DNA of 64,000 nucleotides, taken from positions 15,417 to 79,416 of the forward strand of contig JBBQUR010000023.1 in the NCBI GenBank assembly GCA_038212275.1, read 5' to 3'. The notes below the pieces were generated by a model that saw only the letters and a list, made by a program, of their open reading frames with translations, did no database searches and was not told where the DNA came from. This document shows positions 30,421-40,059 of this stretch, in pieces; within the stretch, counting starts at the first letter, position 1, and the number at the start of each line of letters is the position of its first letter. This DNA comes from Planctomycetota bacterium (GTDB lineage: Bacteria; Planctomycetota; B15-G4). The position numbers were made by a program, and so were the translations under genes.

Positions 30421-32016
30421 TCAGAAGCCGAGCAGGCTCGTCACCAGCTTGACCTTGATCGTCTTCTTCACGGTGGCCGTGCCGTCGGTCGCGAGGAATT
30501 TGAAGGACACGCTGCCCAGCTGCTGCAACGTCGGCACATCCCAGATGAGCTTGCCCGACATCTCGTCGAAGGAGGAGCCCTCGGGCGGCGGCTTCGAGGT
30601 GTCGAGCGAGAGTTCGGGCACGGTGCCGTCGAGATCGAAGGCGAGGATCGGGAGCTCATAGGCCACGGCCACCAGCGCGGTGGCCTTCGAGATCTTCGCG
30701 ATCACCGGCTTGGCGTTCTTGGCCTCGTTCACGTCGAGCGCCTTGATCTTGATCGTCTGCGTGGTGTTCACCGGCTTGTCGATCCCGTCGCTGACGGTGA
30801 TCTTGATCTTGTACGTACCCACCGGGCCTGCATTCGGCCAGACGATGCTGCGCGTGAGCTGATCCCACGTCGCGCCGGCGGGAAGCGGCACGTCGGCCAC
30901 GGGCTCCACCACGAGGTCCTCCGACGGCAGGTCGCGGTCCACGGCAACCACCGGCAGCGTGATGTCCGTGCCTTCGGGCGCCGTGATGGTCATCGACGTG
31001 CCCACGGGCGGCTCGTTGTCCACGTTGTCCAGGTTGGGGAAGGCACTGCCGAGCACCAGCTTCTGGTAGGCGCTCTTCTTCAGGTCGAGAATCTCGTCCG
31101 TCGAGGTGCTCTGATAGATGCCGCCGTCGTCCCGCAGGACGAGCGTGTCGCCATCCCGCGTGATCACGGACCGGTAGGTCTCCGAGACGCCGTCGCTCGG
31201 CCCGCCGGGGAAGTTGATGATCGAATTCACCTGCTCCGCCGTGGAGTACAGGCGCCCGTCCGCGCGCAGCGCCAGCCAGCTGCCGTCCTCCGCGAAGGTG
31301 AAGTCGTAGTACAGCTGGTCGCCGATGAAATCGGCACCGCTGTCGTAGGGCAGGTCGGCCTCCTGCGTGCCCTCATCGAGCGGATCGGCGGGCGATACGG
31401 GGATGGCCGCGCTCCGGATCTTGCCATCCTGGCGCAGCGCCCAGAGCGTGCCGTCCAGCGGATGAATGAGCAGGCGGGTCCAGACCTTGGTGGGCACGTT
31501 GCCGTCGTCGCCCGAGTCGTTGAACTTCAGCAGCGGGCCGTCTTCCGGGACACGATAGACCGAGCCGTTCGACTTGAGCACGTAGACGGTCTGGCCGTCG
31601 GTCTCGATGTCGGTGAAGTCGAAGTTCTCGCCCGGGTAGTTGACCAGTTCTTCGTCGACGGCGTCCGCGACCTTCGTGATCTTGCCGCCCTTCGACATCG
31701 CGTAGAGCACGCCCATGTCGTCGAGCACGATCCCGCGCCAGCCGGAATCGCCCGGAAGGTTGATGACGTCGCCGCCGTTCTCCACGATTTTCCCGTCGCC
31801 GCGGATCAGCCAGCGGTTGGGTCCCTGCACGACGAGGTCGCGCCAGAGTTCATCCTTGGAGGAGCTGTTGCTTCCCGGAAGGTCGTCGAGCGGGTAGCCG
31901 TTGGCGCTGACCATTCCCGACTGGTTGTAGGCGTAGACGAAGGTGTCCTGGGCGGACGCGGCCTGGCCGACGATGAGCAGTGCGGCCGCTGCGGCCAGGA
32001 GCTGTCGGGAAGTCAT
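30421..32016 (-). CDS. Secreted protein: beta-propeller-like repeats plus two Ig/cadherin-like (He_PIG-type) domains
   Basis: Signal peptide, six (W/Y)xLxxDGx(I/V) blade-like repeats, and modules NEPPV...LPAGATWD and KPVI...PEGSSFD. Confidence 0.7.
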   Translation of the reverse strand: MTSRQLLAAAAALLIVGQAASAQDTFVYAYNQSGMVSANGYPLDDLPGSNSSSKDELWRDLVVQGPNRWLIRGDGKIVENGGDVINLPGDSGWRGIVLDDMGVLYAMSKGGKITKVADAVDEELVNYPGENFDFTDIETDGQTVYVLKSNGSVYRVPEDGPLLKFNDSGDDGNVPTKVWTRLLIHPLDGTLWALRQDGKIRSAAIPVSPADPLDEGTQEADLPYDSGADFIGDQLYYDFTFAEDGSWLALRADGRLYSTAEQVNSIINFPGGPSDGVSETYRSVITRDGDTLVLRDDGGIYQSTSTDEILDLKKSAYQKLVLGSAFPNLDNVDNEPPVGTSMTITAPEGTDITLPVVAVDRDLPSEDLVVEPVADVPLPAGATWDQLTRSIVWPNAGPVGTYKIKITVSDGIDKPVNTTQTIKIKALDVNEAKNAKPVIAKISKATALVAVAYELPILAFDLDGTVPELSLDTSKPPPEGSSFDEMSGKLIWDVPTLQQLGSVSFKFLATDGTATVKKTIKVKLVTSLLGF

Positions 32017-32116
32017 GATGAGCTCCGAGGGCGGGTTCTCCATTGTCCCGCACTTCGGGGCTCCTCGTCCACACTTCAGCCCGGACGAGCACGGTGGTCT
32101 GCCGCCGGCGGCAGCG

Positions 32117-32893
32117 TCACTTCATCGCGTCGCGCATTTCCAGCATCGGGCGATCGGCGGAATCCATGCGGATGAGACCCATCCGCGGAAACTCCAGATC
32201 CACGATCACGTAGATCGTCAGCGACATGATGAAGGCGAAGGCCAGAATGTGCAGCCAGGAACGGCCCTTGGGTGTCGCCATCGCGTGGCCCGCAAGGAAG
32301 GCAGCGAGCAGCGCCAGCCCGATGAGCATCGCCAGGATGAGTTCCGGGACGTGGACGAAGGCGGACGCCACGCGGCTGCTGGAGATGTCGAACACCTGGT
32401 TGAGGGCCGGCAGCAGGAGCGTTGCCACGTAGACCCTGCCGTCCTTCACGGCGCCCGCACACCCGAGACTCCAGATCTCGCCCTGCAGCGCGACGGCATG
32501 CTGCTGCTGCCGCTCGGCGGCCTGCACATCGGGCAGCAGCCGGTACACGTCGAGGCGGGCGTCGACGTATGCGCGGAACGCGTCGCGTATCGCGGGCTGG
32601 TCCTCCGCGGGCAGCAGGTCGAGGCGCAACCACGCGGTGCCGATGGCATTGGCTTCCTCCACCACCAGGTGGCGCCGCGCGTCGAATCGACTCGAGGCCC
32701 CCGTGAAGGTGAAGGCGATGAGCAGGCCCAGAAGCGCGAACACAGCACCCTCGATGGCGCTCGTGCCGCTGCGCTCGCCTTCGGGATCATTCGCCTGCCG
32801 CCGGAGGCCGAGACGTCGCCCCGCTTCCAGGGCCGCGATCATGGCCAGAAAGAGCGTCACCGCGACCGCCAGGCCCCAATCCAGGATGCTCAT
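32117..32893 (-). CDS. DUF4239/bestrophin-like membrane protein
   Basis: Motifs LLGLLIAFTF, RFDARR..VVEEANAIGTAWLR and IVDLEFPRMGLIR. GGAGG RBS. Confidence 0.8.
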   Translation of the reverse strand: MSILDWGLAVAVTLFLAMIAALEAGRRLGLRRQANDPEGERSGTSAIEGAVFALLGLLIAFTFTGASSRFDARRHLVVEEANAIGTAWLRLDLLPAEDQPAIRDAFRAYVDARLDVYRLLPDVQAAERQQQHAVALQGEIWSLGCAGAVKDGRVYVATLLLPALNQVFDISSSRVASAFVHVPELILAMLIGLALLAAFLAGHAMATPKGRSWLHILAFAFIMSLTIYVIVDLEFPRMGLIRMDSADRPMLEMRDAMK

Positions 32894-32906
32894 CTCGTCC
32901 TCCAGG

Positions 32907-34043
32907 TCAGGCCGGCATCCTGCCAGAAGCACTCGTCCGGTTCAGCCGACCTCCTTCCTCGGGGTCCGCGCACGCGTGGCACACCCGGCGGAAGGCCGCG
33001 ACGCCCTTCAGCGTGATGCGCGGAGCGAGGTGCCCGGCCTTCACGGGCTCGCGCCGCAGCAGGTCGGTGCTCAGGTACTTCTTGTTGCTGTCGGGGAAGA
33101 CCGTGACCACGACGGCATCGCCACCGCACTGCTCGGCCACGCGCACCGCACCGAGAAAGTTGGCGCCCGAAGAAATGCCCACGCCCAGGCCTGCTTCCGC
33201 AGCCAGCTTCTGAGCCATGAGGATCGCGTCGCCGTCGTCGACGGCGATGACCTCGTCGAGGTCCGACAGGTGCACGATCGGCGGGATGAACTCGTCGGAG
33301 ATGCCCTGGATGCGGTGCTGGCCCACCTTGTGCCCGGTGGAGAGCGTGGGCGAGTTGGCCGGCTCGAGCGGATGCACGCGAAGGGACGGACAGTGCGCTC
33401 GCAGCAGCAGCCCGACGCCCATGATCGTGCCGCCGGTGCCGACGCCCGCCACGAGCGCGTCGGGCTGCAGGCCGCGACCGCGGAGCTGAAGGAGAATTTC
33501 CGGGCCCGTGCTCGCCGCGTGGGCGGCCACGTTGTCCTCGTTGGAGAACTGCCGCGGGAGGAAGGCGTGTCCCGTGGTGGCCACCAGTTCTTCCGCGAGG
33601 CGGATGGAGCCGAGGAATCCGCCCTCCGCGCGACTCACCAGCACGATCTCGGCGCCCAGGCTCGCGATGAGGTTGATGCGCTCGCTCGACATCCAGTCGG
33701 GCATGAAGATCGTGACCGGATGCCCGAGCGCCCGGCCGAGCGCGGCGAAGGCGATGCCCGTGTTCCCGCTCGTCGCCTCCACGATGCGATCGCCGGGCAC
33801 CAGGGCGCCGCGCGCATAGCCCTGCTCCAGGATGTGGAAGGCCATCCGGTCCTTGATCGAGCCGGTCATGTTGAGGTGCTCGGCCTTGGCGAACACGCTG
33901 CCGCGGCGGCCGTCGACTTCGTAGTCGATCTGCAGCATCGGCGTGTTGCCGACGAGGCTCCGCAAGCCGTGGAGGCGGGCGATGGCGGCCATGCTGGAGA
34001 CGCCGGAAACGCTGGAGGTATCGGAGGTGTCGGAAGCTTCCAT
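32907..34043 (-). CDS. PLP-dependent cysteine synthase family protein
   Basis: Motifs [13 protein letters not shown] (PLP lysine), [21 protein letters not shown] and GISSGAN. Confidence 0.92.
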   Translation of the reverse strand: MEASDTSDTSSVSGVSSMAAIARLHGLRSLVGNTPMLQIDYEVDGRRGSVFAKAEHLNMTGSIKDRMAFHILEQGYARGALVPGDRIVEATSGNTGIAFAALGRALGHPVTIFMPDWMSSERINLIASLGAEIVLVSRAEGGFLGSIRLAEELVATTGHAFLPRQFSNEDNVAAHAASTGPEILLQLRGRGLQPDALVAGVGTGGTIMGVGLLLRAHCPSLRVHPLEPANSPTLSTGHKVGQHRIQGISDEFIPPIVHLSDLDEVIAVDDGDAILMAQKLAAEAGLGVGISSGANFLGAVRVAEQCGGDAVVVTVFPDSNKKYLSTDLLRREPVKAGHLAPRITLKGVAAFRRVCHACADPEEGGRLNRTSASGRMPA

Positions 34044-34096
34044 GAGCGCCTCACGGGGCCGGGAGCGGGCAGTGACTTTCGGATTCGCCGCTGGCG

Positions 34097-34121
34097 CAAA
34101 CCCTTGCCGACCGGCGACTTG
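34097..34121 (-). promoter_or_regulatory. 25-bp imperfect palindrome CAAGTC-N9-CAA-N4-TTG, copy A
   Basis: Same architecture as 60711-60735. Upstream of the cysteine synthase gene. Confidence 0.35.
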
Positions 34122-34256
34122 CCAGCCGACTCATCACTCAGTTTACCAGCACAAGCCGCAGGGAACCGGCCCCATCGAGCGGAAGTTCGCCGCGAGAAGG
34201 CTCACCGGGAGGACCGGGGGCCGCATGCGAGGCGCCACCGGCACGCGCCGAGGGCA

Positions 34257-34811
34257 TCACCCGTGCGTGGACTGCCAGATGGAGTAGAGATTGCCCAGTG
34301 CGTGCATCGTGATGGGCAGCAGCAGCGAGCCGCTGGCGACCCGGCATGTGCCGAGGAACAGGCCGTCCAGGAAGATCATGCCGAGCAGCGCCGGCTCATA
34401 TTGCACGTGCATCAGCGCCCAGGCCGCGGCGGTCAGCAGCACCGCCCCGCGCACGCCGAACTTCGTGCGCCGCAGGAGATTCAGCGCGAGCCCGCGCATC
34501 AGCAGCTCCTCGAGCAGCGGGCCCGCCAGGCCGATGGCCGCGACGCGCATCCCGAAGATCAGCGCCGGGTAGTCCTTCCAGCGCGTCGGTTGCTCCACGC
34601 CGAGCTGCGCCATGACGACTTCGCTGAGCGCCATCCAGGCGATCCATCCCGCAAGCCAGCAAGCGGCCACGGACGCGCGCGGCCAGCGCAGCCCCAGCCC
34701 ACCATCGGCCGCCCATGCGATGCCGCGCCTTTTCGCAGCGAACAGCAGCGCGACGCTCGCGCCGAGCGGCACGAACAGCTTGAGCAGCGTTGACACCCAT
34801 GGCGCGTCCAT
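34257..34811 (-). CDS. CPBP (CAAX/Abi) family intramembrane metalloprotease
   Basis: EELLMRG (EExxxR), WALMH and HALGN (HxxxN). Confidence 0.88.
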   Translation of the reverse strand: MDAPWVSTLLKLFVPLGASVALLFAAKRRGIAWAADGGLGLRWPRASVAACWLAGWIAWMALSEVVMAQLGVEQPTRWKDYPALIFGMRVAAIGLAGPLLEELLMRGLALNLLRRTKFGVRGAVLLTAAAWALMHVQYEPALLGMIFLDGLFLGTCRVASGSLLLPITMHALGNLYSIWQSTHG

Positions 34812-34873
34812 GCGTCCGCCCCTACGGCCCGGAGCCGGCGCGGCGCTGAGCTCGCACCGGCCACATCACGGCC

Positions 34874-35440
34874 TCAGAGCGCGTGAGGCCAGAGCCAGCC
34901 GAAGGTGCCTGCCGTGACGAGCGCATACACGGCGCCGTCGAACAGGAACTTGAAGGTGGTGCTCCACGCCACGCCTTTCCAGATCGAGTCGGTCACGCCG
35001 GAGAGGCCGTAGCCGAGGAAGGCCGCGAGCGCGACCAGATGGAAGACGTGCGCATAGTCGGCGCCGCGAGGCAGTGCCGGCCACGCGACGAACGCGACGA
35101 CCGTGCTCACGACGAGCGTGAACACGAACCACTGCAGCAGCGACTTGCCCATGTTCACGCCGCCGGGGCCGCGCACGATGAGCGTGCCCACCGGCCCCTG
35201 GGCAAGCTTCGCCTTCAGCTCCGGCGAGTTCATCTCCTTCATGGAGCTGCAGTGAGGAAACATGTAGGCACCAGGTCCCACGCCGTGGGCGCGGAATCCC
35301 GCCAGCACCTTGTCTTCCTGCGGCAACGCGCTGAAGTCGCCCTTGTGAATCGGCAGCACCATGTGCAGGACCGAGCTCACGAGGAAGACGAACACGCCCG
35401 ACAGCAGGATCGGCAGCCACAGATCTTCCAGCACGGCCAT
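34874..35440 (-). CDS. Conserved hypothetical membrane protein
   Basis: Four to five hydrophobic segments, PGAYMFP motif, GGAGG RBS. Confidence 0.75.
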   Translation of the reverse strand: MAVLEDLWLPILLSGVFVFLVSSVLHMVLPIHKGDFSALPQEDKVLAGFRAHGVGPGAYMFPHCSSMKEMNSPELKAKLAQGPVGTLIVRGPGGVNMGKSLLQWFVFTLVVSTVVAFVAWPALPRGADYAHVFHLVALAAFLGYGLSGVTDSIWKGVAWSTTFKFLFDGAVYALVTAGTFGWLWPHAL

Positions 35441-35746
35441 CTCACTTTCCTCCAACCGATATTCACGCCCGTCATGGTGTACCGCGGGCTACCGCTGCTC
35501 CGCCAGGACTGATTGCCTCCACCCGGCGAGGAGTTCGTCCTCGCTCAGGTCGATCGCTTCGAGCAGCTCCTCCTGTTGCACGGCGCCCGGCATGCCGACC
35601 AGCGCGGGCCCGCGCCGGACGGCAGCCACGCCCGATGCGACAGCGGTCGGGCACTATCGGACAGGCCGGGCGGCTTCGCACAATGCGGGCGCCCCTGCCG
35701 ACCCGTCGTTCCATGTCCCGTTGCGGCGCCGCCGCTGGAGAGACCC

Positions 35747-36649
35747 GTGTCCAAGAAGCATGAGAAGGAACAGAGCCGGGATTCCGGACTCGCCGCTGCA
35801 TCGGCCGACTCGAAGAAGCGCGCGAAACGCGCCGCCGGTTCCGGGAAGTCCGGCAGGCACCGCGCAGAGGATGCCGGCGAACTTTCGCGCAAGGACTACG
35901 GGCGCGCTCTCAAGAAGCTGCACGCGGAACTCGTGCGCCTTCAGGAGTGGGTGCGTCACCGTGGCCTCAAGGTCTGCATCGTGTTCGAGGGCCGCGACGG
36001 CGCCGGCAAGGGCGGCACCATCAAGGCGATCACGGAGCGCGTGAGCCCGCGCGTCTTCCGCGTCATCGCGCTGCCCGCGCCGAACGATCGCGAGAAGAGC
36101 CAGATGTATCTGCAGCGCTACGTGACGCACTTCCCCGCAGCCGGTGAGGTCGTGATCTTCGACCGCAGCTGGTACAACCGCGCCGGCGTCGAGCGCGTCA
36201 TGGGCTTCTGCACCGAGGAGCAGAGCAAGCACTTCATCGAGTCCGCTCCCGGCTTCGAGAAGGCCATGGTCGAGTCGGGCATCATCCTGCTGAAGTACTG
36301 GCTCGAAGTCAGCGAGCAGGAGCAGACGCGCCGGCTGAAGTCGCGCATCCACGACGGCCGCAAGATCTGGAAGCTCTCGCCGATGGACATGAAGTCCTAC
36401 AGCCGCTGGTACGACTACTCGCGCGCGCGCGACGACATGTTCAAGGCCACCGACACGCCGTGGGCGCCGTGGTTCGTGGTGCCCTCCGACGACAAGCAGC
36501 GGGCGCGGCTCAATCTCATCAGCCACCTGCTGGAGGCGATTCCCCACAAGGACGTGCCGCGCGAGAAGGTCAAGCTCCCCAAACGCCAGAAGGCGCACGG
36601 CTACGTGGAGCCGCACTACCCCTACAAGCTGGTTCCCGCGAAGTACTGA
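35747..36649 (+). CDS. ppk2: Polyphosphate kinase 2
   Basis: Motifs FEGRDGAGKGG, FDRSWYNRAGVE and WKLSPMD. GTG start after GGAGA. Confidence 0.95.
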   Translation: MSKKHEKEQSRDSGLAAASADSKKRAKRAAGSGKSGRHRAEDAGELSRKDYGRALKKLHAELVRLQEWVRHRGLKVCIVFEGRDGAGKGGTIKAITERVSPRVFRVIALPAPNDREKSQMYLQRYVTHFPAAGEVVIFDRSWYNRAGVERVMGFCTEEQSKHFIESAPGFEKAMVESGIILLKYWLEVSEQEQTRRLKSRIHDGRKIWKLSPMDMKSYSRWYDYSRARDDMFKATDTPWAPWFVVPSDDKQRARLNLISHLLEAIPHKDVPREKVKLPKRQKAHGYVEPHYPYKLVPAKY

Positions 36650-36707
36650 GCCTGCACCGGAGCGGCTGCCGGCACCGCGGCCGGCGCGACGGAGCCTGCC
36701 TGCCGGA

Positions 36708-36942
36708 TCAATCCGGCTTGCGCACGAAGTGCAGTTCCGCGAGGTGCGCCGGGTCGGGCGCGCCGTCGGACCAGCCCTGCCACGTGACGCGGATCTCGTC
36801 GAGCGTCACGAACTCGCAGGCGAGCTCATGCATGTGCATGTCGCGCGCCGGGTCGATGTTGGTGCCGCCGTCGAAGGCGAACTCCACTCGGTCCTCGTGG
36901 AATCGTCTTGCTCGCAGCCGCGGCTGCCTGCCGACGCCGCGC
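36708..36942 (-). pseudogene. Probable 3' remnant of a conserved hypothetical gene
   Basis: QPRLRA...FAFDGGTNIDPARDMHMH...WQGWSDG reads like a real protein C-terminus but has no credible start or RBS. A 16-bp tandem duplication sits at its 5' edge. Confidence 0.45.
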
Positions 36943-36960
36943 GTCAGTCGGAGCCGGGGG

Positions 36961-37206
36961 TCAGCCGGAGCCGGGCTTCGTCGGCCCGCCGGGGCGGCAC
37001 GGTGGTTGCGACGCGGCACGCCCCCACCGCGGCGACAGCACGAGCACGATGACCGAGGCCACCACGGAACCGATCACGGCCGTGGCGACGGGCCGCGCCC
37101 AGTGTCCGCCCAGCCAGCGCTGCAGCAGCACGCCCGCCACCGACGCCAGGATGCTTACGAGCACCGTCCCGACGACGATCCGCACGGTGGACGCGCGCGG
37201 CTTCAC
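36961..37206 (-). CDS. Small two-TM membrane protein
   Basis: GTGA overlap with the upstream stop and two hydrophobic helices. Confidence 0.55.
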   Translation of the reverse strand: MKPRASTVRIVVGTVLVSILASVAGVLLQRWLGGHWARPVATAVIGSVVASVIVLVLSPRWGRAASQPPCRPGGPTKPGSG

Positions 37207-37712
37207 GCCTTGCGCTTCCAATCCTTGCCGGCCCACGCATTCGCGGTGCCCAGCTCCGTCGCGCCGGCTGCCTTCGCGTAGACGGCGAGCTGCAGCTTGT
37301 ACGCCGCGAGCCACTTGAAGGGCCCGCCGAGGATCGCGATGCCCAGCGTCGCCGTGCCGCCGGACGGCACGAGCGCTTCCTGCGTCTCCAGCTGGTGCTC
37401 CGTGACGCCTGCGAAAAACGCCTCGATCTGCGCCTTCTGCGTGGCCATGGCCGCGGGGAAATCCTCCGCGCGCAGCGGGGCGCTCAGTCGCTCGTACTCG
37501 CCGACGAGGTCCCAGTTGCGCTCGGTCGTCAACCGCAGCCCGGCGATGCCGCATACGGACAAGTAGCGCAGCAGCTCCAGCGTGCTGCGCTGCCCCGGCG
37601 ACGGCCGGTACTCCAGCGCCGCCGGCCCGAGCGCCGCCACCTTCTCGTAGAGGTGCTGGCAGATGTCGCACTCGCGCATCATCGCGGCGGCGAGCTGGTC
37701 CTTGGTGATCAT
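37203..37712 (-). CDS. DinB-like four-helix-bundle protein
   Basis: LEYRPSPGQRSTLELLRYL and YKLQLAVYAK are DinB-like patterns. Confidence 0.65.
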   Translation of the reverse strand: MITKDQLAAAMMRECDICQHLYEKVAALGPAALEYRPSPGQRSTLELLRYLSVCGIAGLRLTTERNWDLVGEYERLSAPLRAEDFPAAMATQKAQIEAFFAGVTEHQLETQEALVPSGGTATLGIAILGGPFKWLAAYKLQLAVYAKAAGATELGTANAWAGKDWKRKA

Positions 37713-37727
37713 GCGTGGCGTCCCGAG

Positions 37728-38174
37728 TCAGGGCCTTCGACGGAGTTCGAGCACACGCACGTCGTCGAGATCCTGCGGTCTTCCGGCGGCCCGCTTGGAT
37801 GCCAGGACATCTTGAAGGCAGGCCACGAAGAACGGCTGGCCTCCGTGCACCATGGTGTCCCGACGTTCCCAGGCATCCTTGAAGTCCAACCCGGGCTTGC
37901 TGGTCATCACGTCAATTCGGATGCGGTCATTGAAGACGGTGATTTCGTGCGCCAGCAGCCTGCTGGCATCGACGAGGTCTGCGGTGCCGAGGCCCGCCTG
38001 ACGCTGGGCCTTCAGCTGCCGTTCCGCATTTTCCGGAGTGGCCTCGATGAGCAGGTCGAGGTCGAACGTGGAACGCGGCACGCCATGCAGCACGGCGGCG
38101 ACGCCTCCGATGACCACGTAGCGAACATCAAGGGAGTTCAAGCACGAGAATACGGCCCGGAGCCGATTGAGCAC
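37728..38174 (-). CDS. Minimal nucleotidyltransferase (DUF6036/AbiEii-like)
   Basis: [21 protein letters not shown] and C-terminal SKRAAGRPQDLDD. Confidence 0.85.
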   Translation of the reverse strand: MLNRLRAVFSCLNSLDVRYVVIGGVAAVLHGVPRSTFDLDLLIEATPENAERQLKAQRQAGLGTADLVDASRLLAHEITVFNDRIRIDVMTSKPGLDFKDAWERRDTMVHGGQPFFVACLQDVLASKRAAGRPQDLDDVRVLELRRRP

Positions 38175-38331
38175 GTCCGACCTCCGCGATGTTCGGCTGG
38201 TTCGTCAGGACAAGATCCGTGAATTCGCACAGCAGTTCCATGCGTTCTTCCAGTGTCAGCGACTGGAACCAGCGCGCCTTGGCCTCGAGGCTCTCGGCAT
38301 CCCGACCATGAAGGACTTGCGGCAGCATCAC
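38128..38331 (-). CDS. Small partner protein of the nucleotidyltransferase
   Basis: 67 aa with EAKARWFQSLTLEERM. Overlaps the start of the nucleotidyltransferase gene. Confidence 0.7.
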   Translation of the reverse strand: MMLPQVLHGRDAESLEAKARWFQSLTLEERMELLCEFTDLVLTNQPNIAEVGRAQSAPGRILVLELP

Positions 38332-38456
38332 GGCACATTGTAGCCGCGCCGTGCCGCGAAGTGTGCAGATGGTCCGGGAGCGTGCCGCACCGGCAACACG
38401 TGGTCAGCCGTCGCCCGCGCTGTATTCTCGGCGCGCCGGCAACACGTCGGCACGTC

Positions 38457-39533
38457 GTGACCAGCACGCGCGCGGAGCGGGCGAATGGCCTCGCCGTCTT
38501 TCCGGTGCTGACGGCGCTCTGCGTCCTGTCGCTGCTCGGCGGGCTCGTGTACCCGGGACTGTTCCTCGTGCTCGCGATCGCCGTGGTGGTCGGACTGATG
38601 CAGCGGGCGCAGATGGGCGGGGAATTCGTCGCGGTGATGGGCCCGTTCCGGAGCCTCGGCTACCTGCTCGGGACGGCCGACCGGCTGGCCCGCTGCGGTG
38701 TCGAGACGATCGCGATCCGGCGCATCAGGCGGCAGCAGGCCGAGTTGCACGCTCTGGCGGAGAAACTCGGCGGCCTTGAGGCGGCGCTCTCCATCGCCTC
38801 GTTGCGCGCCGGGACGGACGTGTGGACGCGGCCCGAGTTCACCGCCGGTGCAGAGTGGCTCGCGGAAGACCTGTCGCACCCGCTCGTGCCCGGCTGCGTG
38901 ACCAACTCGCTGCGGCTGAGCCCGTCGCGCGGCATGCTGCTCACCGGCGCGAACATGACGGGCAAGTCCACGCTGCTGCGCAGTGTCGGCGTGAACGTGA
39001 TCGCGGCGCAGAGCCTGTGCGTGGTGTTCGCCCGCTCGTACCGCGCGCCGTGGCTCGCGCTGCGCACCTGCATCAGCCCGTCGGACGATCTGCTGGAAGG
39101 CAAGAGCCTCTACCAGCGCGAGGCCGAGGTCGTCGTCGCGATCCTTGCGCAGGCAGCGCAGGCCGCCCACGCCGGCCCGATGCTGTGCCTGTTCGACGAG
39201 ATGTTCCGCGGCACCAACACGACGGACCGCGTGGCGGCGAGTGCGGCCGTTCTGCGGCATCTCGTACGACCCTCATCCGGAGCGAACGAGGGCGCCGGCT
39301 GCCTCGTCATCGCGGCCACGCACGACCTGGAACTCGTCCCGCTCCTGGCCGACGTCTTTGAAGCCTTTCACATGGGCGACCGCATGGATGCCAGCGGGCC
39401 CTCGTTCGACTATCGCTTGCACGCCGGGCCGACCACGTCGCACAACGCCATCTCGCTGCTGGCGTTCCTCGGCGCCCCGCCAGCCGTCATCGAGACGGCG
39501 CGAGCGACGGCCGAGGCTCAATCGCCGCGCTGA
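38457..39533 (+). CDS. MutS-family (domain V) ATPase with N-terminal TM segments; appears shortened
   Basis: HPL, TGANMTGKST (Walker A), GKSLY, FDEMFRGTN (Walker B), THD and FDYRL. Start uncertain. Confidence 0.75.
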   Translation: MTSTRAERANGLAVFPVLTALCVLSLLGGLVYPGLFLVLAIAVVVGLMQRAQMGGEFVAVMGPFRSLGYLLGTADRLARCGVETIAIRRIRRQQAELHALAEKLGGLEAALSIASLRAGTDVWTRPEFTAGAEWLAEDLSHPLVPGCVTNSLRLSPSRGMLLTGANMTGKSTLLRSVGVNVIAAQSLCVVFARSYRAPWLALRTCISPSDDLLEGKSLYQREAEVVVAILAQAAQAAHAGPMLCLFDEMFRGTNTTDRVAASAAVLRHLVRPSSGANEGAGCLVIAATHDLELVPLLADVFEAFHMGDRMDASGPSFDYRLHAGPTTSHNAISLLAFLGAPPAVIETARATAEAQSPR

Positions 39534-39657
39534 TCACGAGACTCCCGACGGTCTCGTCGACAGCCTCACGGCGGACGCTCCGCCCGATCCGCGTGCAGTT
39601 TGTACAGATGCTCTGCCGCAAAGCGCCGCTGGCTTGCCGCCGGCGTGCGTGACTGAT

Positions 39658-40059
39658 TCAGCGCCTGCCTGATGGCAGCAGGCGGACAGGCATCGGCTGG
39701 CCGTGGCGGCGAGCCAGGGTCCGAGCGGTCTTGCGGGCCTGACGGTTCCGATCGGCGGCCGGATGGTGCGTGAGCCGCACGCCATCCATGCGGAGCGTGA
39801 GCGCACGGCGGTCGACGCGCGCCTCCTGCCAAGGGCGATCCGGATGCGAGGTCGAGGCGCGGGCCGCATTCGATGCACTCCGCCCGTGCTTCCAGACTTC
39901 GAGGCCGATGTTCGCGGCCGGGTTCCTGGGAGCTGCCTGCTTGCTGATCTTCGCTGTGCGCTTGCTCGTCCCCTGCTTGCCGGCCGGCTTTCTGCCTCCG
40001 CCTTTTCTGGTGCTGGTGGGCTGCTTCGTGGGCTTCTTCCCGCGTGCCGCCTTGCGCAC
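39658..40059 (-). other. Lys/Arg/Ala-rich ORF, possibly a gene remnant
   Basis: RKAARGKKPTK...KQAAPRNPAANIGLEVWK, after which the sequence becomes nondescript. The Lys-rich frame extends upstream, one base out of frame with the ATG at 40108. Confidence 0.3.

Noticed and set aside
34044..34256. Possible SAM riboswitch upstream of the cysteine synthase gene
   Set aside because: I could not find the conserved SAM-I core elements by eye. An Infernal/Rfam scan would be decisive.
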